From Camelus dromedarius (taxonomy: Eukaryota), in assembly GCF_036321535.1 (NCBI RefSeq), contig NC_087442.1, positions 5,146,001 through 5,210,000 on the forward strand: a stretch of DNA of 64,000 nucleotides. The letters run 5' to 3'. Both the position numbers and the translations under genes were made by a program. How positions within the stretch are numbered: the stretch's first letter is position 1; each line of letters starts with the position of its first letter. Shown here piece by piece: positions 55,575 to 64,000 of this stretch. Under the pieces are notes generated by a model that had not been told where the DNA came from, did no database searches, and saw nothing but the letters and a program-made list of their open reading frames with translations.

Positions 55575-57828
55575 GGCCAAACCTTAGCCCTTCTCGCTGT
55601 AGCTGTGGCTTTCAGGACAACAAGGCGGCGGCATAACCTGGGTGGGGGAGAGGACCAATCACCGAGTGAGAGAGGGGTCAGGCCAGTGGAGGCACCCTGA
55701 CATTGTACAGCCCTTCGAGCCCAGGCCCAGACCAGGAGAGGGCAGGGCACCAGAGCTTCTCAGAAGCCTGCTGGCTGCAAGGGGTCTCCTGGCTGTGCAC
55801 GATCCTCCTGGACCAGAAAGGGCCTTCGAGTGACCCTTGGTGGCGGGGGCAAAAAAGTTACTTAAAGGGAGAAAAGAGAAGACCAAAGAGAAACAAAGGG
55901 CAAGACTGAGGCACAGGAGGCCACAAAGGGCCAAGGGAGGAAGGAGAGTGATGGGGGGAGGGGGGGAGAGGCTGGGGGGAAAAAAGGCAGAAAGCAGTCA
56001 AGGCCCAGACCCAAAAAAGCAGCAGAGATCAGGGAGGGGACACAGGAAGGAGGGAGGACAGGCAAGCCAGAAACAGGAGCGGTGGCGGTGGCGTAGTGGT
56101 GGCACAGCACACTGAGGAGGGCTGAGACCGGAGAGGGGTGTGCTGGGGGGAGTGACACACCCTGTGGAGCAAGGAGGGGAAAGAGCCCGAAACGGCAAGC
56201 AAGGGGGCAGGTGTCATGTGCCCCCTCCCCTGATGAAAGCCCGGCCCCAAGGTGAGGGGGAGGAGGCTCCCTGGGGGAGGGACAGGAGCCCAACTCCACT
56301 CACTCAGTGGGAGGGAGGAAGGGAGGACAGCACAGGCAGGGCAGAGCTTTATAATGGGGGAGGGGCACGTGACGACGGGGAGGAGGGTGGGCACAGAGAC
56401 ACTGAAGTTCTGCCCCTCAGGGGCTGTCCCGATCCCTCCCCTCCCTGAGCCTGGGGCCAGGAAAATCTGAGTGGCAGGGCTGATGCCCTCCTGACTGTGA
56501 CTGTAGGGGCATCTGGGAAGGACACTGTGTATGGGGGGCGGGAGAGCAGAAAGGTTGTGGTTAGGGACCTGACTAGAGCCAGTTGAGATACCTATTCCTA
56601 GTGGGGGGAGCGCAGAGGGCACCCAAGGCTCTGTGATTCCAAAAGTACTGAAGTTCTCCAGTGTGTTGTTGGGGGGTCAGGATTACTGGATTTAGGGTTA
56701 ACTCAGGGATAAAACAGGTTAGTGTAGGGTCAAACAATGTAGGTCTAGGGGGTCAGCCCAGGGTGGGGAGCCTGGAGAGACACAATTCCTGGCAGGCATT
56801 GCAACTCAGCTGACCACTCTCCTAACCTCCCCCTAGCAGGCCTTCAGCCAGGGCACTGGGGGAGGAAACCTGGTCTGGGAAGGAGTGTCCTGAGTACCTG
56901 CAAGTGCCCCACTCCCACCTCCAGGCTGTGCCCTCAATGTGCTCCTCCATCCTCCCCTCATCCCTTTACCTCCGCACACCCTCCCCCTCCCCCGCCGTCC
57001 CAGAACACAAAGCAGCTTCTGTCCAGAGCATCGGGTGCCGATAATCCGGGATGGGGGCACATTCCGGGGACCAGCCCCGACCGGCCCGGAGGATTAGCAT
57101 CTATACCCCTGCCCAAGGGATTAGCACTCCGGACCCCCACATGGGCATTAACGGCCCCCAAGTGAATTTGCACATTCCACAGTTCCTCGATGTGGGGCTG
57201 GCGGGGGGGGCACAGGGGAGGAGGGTAAGATGGATTCTGGATTGCAGATAGCGCCGCCCCCACACCCAGCACAGAGCGCTCCCTACCCAGACAAGCCAGC
57301 CCCCCAGGAGTTAGGTCGAACTCTCAAGGCTCGTCTTTTCCATCCCCACCCAGCTGCTCCCTCCTCTGCCTGACCCCTTGTCCTGACCTGACCCGCCATC
57401 CCCCCTTCCCGGCTCCGCCTCCCAACCCCTAGATCGAGGGGAAGAGGCTCGGGGCAACCCCCTAGGCAGGGCGCCCCCAACGAGCGAAGGACAGAGTAGG
57501 GGGTCGCAGGGGACAGATGTCATCTGGAGCTCGCCCAGGAGTTGGGAGGGCCGGCGCGCCTCACTGAAACTACCCCCTCCTAGTGGCAGGGGGCGCGGCA
57601 CCCTCGCTTTAGGGAATTCTAAGAGGACCCCAGATCCCGCTTGCGATCAGCAATCACTTCGCTCGCCTCCCCATCCTTCTCCCCAAGATCTCGCTTCTCC
57701 GCGCCCCAGTCTCCGCCCTTTCCTGCACTTCCACTCCCTCCCCGCTCCGAGTCCCGAGTTCCCCCCTTTCCTTCCCCCTCCCTTCCTCCGCGGCCCTGGC
57801 CCTCCCCCGCCGCCACCTCTCCGCTTAC

Positions 57829-58050
57829 CCGCTTCCTCTGGACTTCGTACTCTCGGGGTCTCGGGGTCTCTCCCCCTTCTCTGGCGCCCTCGCGCGCTCC
57901 CGACGACTCCCCCGTGCCCACCTTGGGGCGCGCCCCCGCCGCTCCCAACTTCTCCCAACTCAACTTTCCCCCGCGCCGCGAGCAGGCCAGCCCCCTGCGT
58001 GCGCGCCCCCCGGCGCACCGTGCGCGGCCCCGCCGCCGCGGGTAGGGAGG
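57829..58050 (-). promoter_or_regulatory. SLC4A2: AE2a non-coding exon 1 in a CpG island (donor CGG|GTAAGC at 57829/57828)
   Basis: Strong donor inside the CpG island at 57400-58250. Exon 2 (55524-55637) has acceptor CAG|GTTATG. TSS position approximate. Confidence 0.65.
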
Positions 58051-59299
58051 GGGAGCGGGGGCCGAGACCCGGGGGCGGAGGCGCGCTAACAGGCACGGCC
58101 CGGCTCCCGGAGCTCAGCGCCGAGGAGGCGGCCCCCCCAGTCCCTCGCCGCGGTCCCGCGAGGCTTCCCCGCACGGGGCTCGGGCGCCCCGGGGAGGCCG
58201 TCTCTTGGGCCCATTAAACACCTCTGGGCGGAAAGGGGCCCGCCTCACACTGAGGATTCCAGGCAGGAAAACGGAGGCACAAAGATGATCAGGAAATTAG
58301 GGGCGGAGGAAGTTGAAATATAAATGCATCGGGGTCAAGATTCTCTCTCGCCCACCCGCGGCTCTCGCCTCCACCCTCAGTATCTCCAGCGCCTCCAAAA
58401 CCCTGTCTTTGCCAGGAGGACAGTAGAGGGGGGCGATAAGGGTGATGGCGGCTGGAGGCTGGATGCCCATTACTCTGGGCTGACGTAGGCTTTCTGAACC
58501 GGGGAGCTTCTGCCTCGGAGAGATTCCCTCCGGTGACCTCCCTCCTCAAACCCTATTCATAGTCATCATCTGTCACTTAAAGATCTCTGTGCGTGCTTCT
58601 GGGTTTCTTAACTATAAATTCTTCTGGATAAGGAACATACGTTTTGCTTCTTTTCTTTAGTGTGCCACCGAGTGAGCACAATGTTGGGTATTCATAAAAT
58701 GTTCAGATATAAACGAGTTAATTAACAAATGCTAGCACCAACTCTGGTTCTGGAGCTGAGGAGTGCTATTTGGGCAATTTTCATCAGTTCACACCCCTCA
58801 AGAATGCAATCATGAGACAATTAGAGAGCAGCCGTAAGAAAATCTATAATCAACTCCTTAAGGGATGAGGTCAAGGCTGCTTCAAGTGTAGCATCTGTCT
58901 GTGCTTCTGTCTGTTGATGGCGGTAACCAACCTGCTAGCCCTCAGCCACACCCTGGCTGACTCCACTGGGTCCAGGCTCTGTAGACTCATATGGGGGGGA
59001 AGAGAGGTACTCCTAGTGCTCCAGCCAACTTTCCTCGGACTATCAGAATGTAGCAAACGGCTGGAGTCGACAAACGGGGCCCAGAAGAGAATTCTCTGGC
59101 CTACGGTAAATCCGGTCTCTAATGGGGCACACCTGCCTCTTTCCAGCCCTGTGGTCAGCTGGTCCCTGTGAAGTCATCATCAGCAAGACATGGCTCAGAG
59201 CCATTCCCTAGCCAATCCTGAGGTTACCAGATGGCCTAGGGAGAGGCGGAAAGTCGCGATGAGATTTTCAGGAGGTCGTTGGAACTTCAACATCATCAA

Positions 59300-59810
59300 C
59301 CAGGGTCAGGGCAGGGCCACCTGGACTCGTGATGCAGGCCGCCAAAACCCAAACCCTAGAAAGTGCCCCACCCCACCCCCACCTCCGCAGCATTCTGGAA
59401 TATGTAGTCCCCGAGAGGCCTTTTTCAAAGAAGGTTGTAATCACTGAAAGGAACAGCACGAGCAGGGCACACTGGGAGCCGCGCGCGACGGCGGGGAGCC
59501 GGGGAAGCGGACACGCGGTGCTTCCTGGGATTTGAAGTCCAAGGTTTGCCTCCGCGGTCGAACAAGAGTCCCGGGAGGCGAGTGCTGCAGAGAGCCTGAG
59601 CGCAGCCTGCTGGGTGTTGTAGTCTTCGTGTTGTCTAAGGCCCTGGGCATTACAGGGAAACCTGGAGAGCTAGGACTACAAGCCCCAGAAGACCATGCGC
59701 AGGCAGGAGGGCGGGGCAGAGCCGGAGGCTGGGGTGCCGCCTCCTCTGCAACGCCGGGCCCGGAGTCTTAGAACCCAGGGCCCGCAAGGGTCCCCGCGCG
59801 GCGGCCGCGA
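59300..59810. promoter_or_regulatory. CDK5 CpG-island promoter with two outward-facing ACTACA/ZNF143 motifs
   Basis: Minus-strand GACTACATATTCCAGAATGC (59390-59409), plus-strand GACTACAAGCCCCAGAAGAC (59674-59693), TGCGCA and a GC box near 59700. Confidence 0.72.
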
Positions 59811-62800
59811 TGCAGAAATACGAGAAACTGGAGAAGATTGGGGAAGGTAATGGGGACCACGAGATGTTCCTGCAAGATCTTCTTCTGCAGACCCTTCATC
59901 ATTCCTTGCAGCCCTGACTCCTCTACCGTCAGCAATACCCAGGGACCCCGATCTCAAGCTCTGGCGGCAACCCTGGCCCCAAGCTCAACACTCTGTGCAG
60001 ACACCAATCCTACCCCTGTTAGCATTTTCCATAGACTCTCCCTCCCATCCTTAGCACTTCTTGTAGACCCACCTCCCGACCTCTGCACGCCCTGCGTTTC
60101 CTACCCCTATCCTCAGCACCACTTGCCCAGCGTCACCCACTGCCTAGCCTCAGTTCTCGCTGCAGACCTCAACCTCAACGTTCCTGCTGGCCCTTATTCC
60201 TCTTCCAGACCCTTGCTCACTATTTCCAGGCCCTCCAGAAGCACAGCCTCTATTATAGACCTCTTTACCCTGACAGCAGCAGCCTCTCCCTGTTGCACAC
60301 ACCCTTAAGCCATCTATCTGCAGGCCCCTTTCTGCCATATCCCCACTCCCCACAAAACTGTTCCATGCCGAGCCTACACCCTGAATCTCTTCCCTTACTC
60401 CTCCAGGCATCAGAAGTAACACATTCCCACACTGCCTGCTCTCCTGGCAGGGACTTCCTGGGTTGGGGAAGGGTGCCCCATCCTTTCTCTCACCCCTGAC
60501 CTCCTTCCTCTAGGCACCTACGGAACAGTGTTCAAGGCAAAAAACCGAGAGACTCATGAGATTGTAGCTCTGAAACGGGTGAGGCTGGATGACGATGATG
60601 AGGTAGGACTGGGGCATTGGGACCAGGGAGGGGTGATGGGCCTAGGCTGGGTGGGATGTGACTGTTGCCCACCCGGTCCCCTCCAATGTGTAGGGAGTGC
60701 CAAGCTCAGCCCTTCGGGAAATCTGCCTACTCAAAGAGCTGAAGCACAAGAACATTGTCAGGTGTGTAGTTGGGTGGGGTCCTCCTTGCCTGTGTGGTCA
60801 TTTGGAGGAGGTGGGGGCTTCAGAGATGGGCTGGGCTGATACCAGAATGTTAGGAGCAAACTTGTGGCCCTGATTGGCTCAGCTCTCCCTTCTCCCTAGG
60901 CTCCATGACGTCCTGCATAGCGACAAGAAGCTGACTTTGGTTTTTGAGTTCTGTGACCAGGTGAAGAGGGGCTCGAGGGACAGCAGCCTTGGGAGGGTAT
61001 AGGGACCCAGACTGAGGTTAAACGCTGTCCCATTCCTCCACCACCATCCCTTTTTAGGACCTGAAGAAGTATTTCGACAGCTGCAATGGTGACCTAGATC
61101 CTGAAATTGTGAAGGTGAGGGAACTGGCATCCTGGGAGCTCCTTGAGGATGGGATTGGAGTCTATATTCAGTGAACGTGCTTGCTGAGTGCCGAGTTCTG
61201 GGGCCCATCCGGGGCGTAGGAGAAGGAGAATACCCTGTTACTACCTCCATCGTAGAGGGCATTTTCTTGTGATCTCTTTGACCTGACAGTAACACTCTGA
61301 TGTCAGTGATATGGTTTACATTTGAGAAGTGGGAAGATGAGGTTCCAAGAGATACATTCATTCATTCCACAAATACTTACTGAATGCTTTGCTGTGTGTC
61401 AGGCACAGTTCTAGGTCCAAGACTAAGTGCCTTGTCCCAGGTTCCTGGGGAAACAAGTGCTGAATAATAATACAGCACGATATATATATATATTGATGGT
61501 TATGATGTACGCGTTTAAATGAGGCCAGGAAGGGGAGAGATCAGTGTAGGCTGGAAAGGGAGGAAGGCCCACTACGCTGTCAATTTCAGAAAGTGGGGAC
61601 CAGGGTCCCCATCACCGTTCATTTTGAATACTCAGCACAGTACAGAGTAGGTCCTCATTAGTGAAGGAAGGATGTCATGCGAGCCTGGTGCTGAAAGCCC
61701 GGGGAGGTTTCAGGGCAAAGCAGAGGGTGAAGAGGGGCACGTGCTCCATTGCTGGGCGAGCTTCCTATCAAGAGGGTCTGATGACCTCCTCCCTGCCCCT
61801 CCCCCAGTCGTTCCTCTTCCAGCTGCTAAAAGGCCTGGGATTCTGTCACAGCCGCAACGTGCTACACAGAGACCTGAAGCCTCAGAACCTGCTCATAAAC
61901 AGGGTACCTCTCTGGGAGAGGGCCGGACATCTGGGCTGGCACGGAATGAGGAGCGGGGCGGGAGGGTGGGAGCTCGGGGCCTGAGCGCGTGGCCTGCCCC
62001 GAGGCTGTTGAAAAGCCCCTCCACGCCCCTTCCCGTGCCCTCAGAACGGGGAGCTGAAATTGGCTGATTTTGGCTTGGCTCGAGCCTTTGGGATCCCTGT
62101 TCGCTGTTACTCAGCTGAGGTGAGTGGCGGGATGGCACTTGGGGATGAGGGAGGGAGTCCCCAAGGAGTGTCTCTCAACTCCTATTCCAGGACCCCAAAC
62201 ATTATTTTCCTCTCCTCTCTGAGCTCTTTCCTCCCCAGCCCACTAACTGGGGGGTCCCCATGGGTGGGGTCTTCTCCAGGTGGTCACGCTGTGGTACCGC
62301 CCACCGGATGTCCTCTTCGGAGCCAAGCTGTACTCCACGTCCATTGACATGTGGTCAGCTGGCTGCATCTTCGCAGGTGACATGCTGGGGTCTGCAGAGG
62401 CACTCTCTCTCCCATTTAAGTGGACAGATGGGGTCTGGAGAGTCCCCTCTGGGGAAGGGAGTGGGGCCCCTGGGATGGGGATGGAAGGCACAGGCAGTGC
62501 CGTGGGTGAGAGGGGTTATTCCTGCGTCACCTCCCCTCGTCCCCCCGCCTCTCACCCAGAGCTGGCCAACGCGGGACGGCCTCTCTTTCCTGGCAACGAC
62601 GTAGATGACCAGTTGAAGAGGATCTTCCGATATCCTTCCATCTCCCTTCATCTCATGCCCTCAGGAAGGGGAGTAGGCAGCCACGGAGCTTAGAGTGCAG
62701 GGAGGGAGGGCTGTGATGGGCTGGGTCAGAACTGGGGGTGCCTGGGGATTTCTCTTGAGGGCAGAGGGTAGTAGACACCCTGGTTGTCACCGGGCAGGGC

Positions 62801-63644
62801 AGGCGCATGGTTCTGGCTGGAGAGTGTGTGGCCTGTAGATCAGGAGGGCTTCTTGGAGGAGGAAGCCAAGTGCATACTCCTCCAGCTAAGAGCTGCCGAA
62901 CAAGGACAAAGGAGCCGAAAGGAACAGGAGGATGATAAGTGAAGTAGGGGAGGGCTGACTGCTTCATTAGGACCACAGACATCAGGTCTTGGGTCAGGGT
63001 TTGGGTCAAAGTAGTTAACGTCTATAAAGCACCTGGCCCGCCGAAAACAGCACACAGGTGGGACTGAGGATGAGCATCGCAGGTGTGGGGGGCAGCTTCC
63101 ATCATGAGCTGGGGGATAAAGTGAGGAGGGTGGGGAACCCGGGAGGGGAAGAGCCCCTCACCTGCCCCTTTGCACCTGAGTGATCCTTGACCCTGTGGAC
63201 ACGCTGCTGGGGACACCAACCGAGGAGCAGTGGCCCGCCATGACCAAGCTGCCAGACTATAAGGTGTGATGGGGAATGGGGGGTCGGGGTTCACCTCTGG
63301 CCCCCCCCCTTACTTCATGTCCCTAGCAGCCTCCCTGCCCCCACAGCCCTAGTCTGAGTCTCCCTGTCCCCTACAGCCCTACCCAATGTACCCGGCCACA
63401 ACGTCCCTGGTGAATGTTGTACCCAAGCTCAACGCCACAGGGAGGGACCTGCTGCAGGTGACCAAGGGCAGGGTCGAGGGTGGGCACTAGTCGGGAGGGA
63501 CTGGGGGAGTGCGAGGCTCTGGGCCTGAACCTGCTGCCCCTTCTTCTGTGCTTCCAGAACCTCCTAAAGTGTAACCCCGTCCAGCGCATCTCAGCAGAAG
63601 AGGCCCTGCAGCACCCCTACTTCTCCGACTTCTGCCCTCCCTAG
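59810..63644 (+). CDS. CDK5: CDK5 cyclin-dependent kinase 5, 292 aa
   Basis: Exons 59810-59846, 60514-60602, 60694-60761, 60900-60960, 61058-61114, 61808-61903, 62045-62119, 62280-62376, 62560-62629, 63203-63263, 63377-63457, 63558-63644, total 879 nt. Contains [24 protein letters not shown] and ends SDFCPP*. Confidence 0.99.
62630..63202 (+). other. CDK5: U12-type (minor spliceosome) AT-AC intron, CDK5 intron 9
   Basis: 5' site ATATCCTT at 62630-62637, branch site TCCTTGAC at 63184-63191, 3' AC at 63201-63202. Only these ends restore IFR|LLGTP in frame. Confidence 0.96.
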
Positions 63645-63813
63645 GCTCCAGCCTCGGCCACCAGGCTGGGGCCTGGCCTATTTAAGCCCCCTCTAGGGAG
63701 GGGAGGAAAGGCAGGGATGCACGGTGTGCTGAGCTCCAGCTGTGCTGGGCCCGGCCAGGATGGAGGTGCCCTCACCCGTGTTCTTCACGCCCTCCATGGA
63801 CTTTATTTAATTT

Positions 63814-63819
63814 CATAAA
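63814..63819 (+). terminator. Probable CDK5 polyadenylation signal CATAAA (variant)
   Basis: Follows a U-rich element (tttatttaattt), about 170 nt after the stop, with GT-rich sequence downstream. No AATAAA on the plus strand in this UTR. Confidence 0.55.
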
Positions 63820-64000
63820 TTGGCTCCTTTCCCACAGTCTGGCTGATGTGGTAAAGCGGCTTGGGGGTGGGGCCTGGGTCGGGGAGTCTCTGCTCCGTCT
63901 CCTCTCCCTCTGCAGCCCTGCTTCCAGTCCAAACACAACCCAACTGTCTGGTCCTGACTCGGCCACTCTAAGTGATGGGGTGGAGGGTGGAGGGTGGAGG

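Noticed and set aside
59695-59846. Upstream out-of-frame ATG overlapping CDK5 Met1
   Set aside because: The ATG sits within promoter motifs (ACTACA/TGCGCA) and is probably upstream of the TSS; no evidence it is transcribed.

Overview
Mammalian gene-dense window, reverse-oriented relative to the human 7q36.1 cluster: AGAP3 (minus, coding exons 1-8, gene runs off the left edge), TMUB1 (plus), FASTK (plus), SLC4A2/AE2 (minus, 22 coding exons plus the AE2b1 and AE2b2 alternative first exons) and CDK5 (plus, 12 exons including an AT-AC U12 intron). A tRNA-Ala-derived SINE resembling Vic-1 and artiodactyl-type L1 3' ends point to a camelid genome (inference). I traced exon boundaries by hand, and the spliced totals give intact ORFs: TMUB1 246 aa, FASTK 542 aa, AE2a 1237 aa, CDK5 292 aa. 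Nine N-runs sit in or next to conserved exons and appear to preserve length, so a few boundaries are inferred from recalled human orthologues. No wholly new gene system is demonstrable. The best leads are: (1) upstream-ORF architecture over genes with known dual starts, most notably FASTK, where a uORF stop overlaps Met1 and splicing creates a perfect-Kozak out-of-frame ATG 22 nt before mitochondrial Met35; (2) an apparently L1-retrocopied, polyadenylated ERV LTR R-region that could be an undescribed SINE-like family; (3) a nested L1/solo-LTR insertion; (4) a four-E-box/HNF1 cluster at the AE2b promoter. All human or mouse comparisons are from memory and need alignment.
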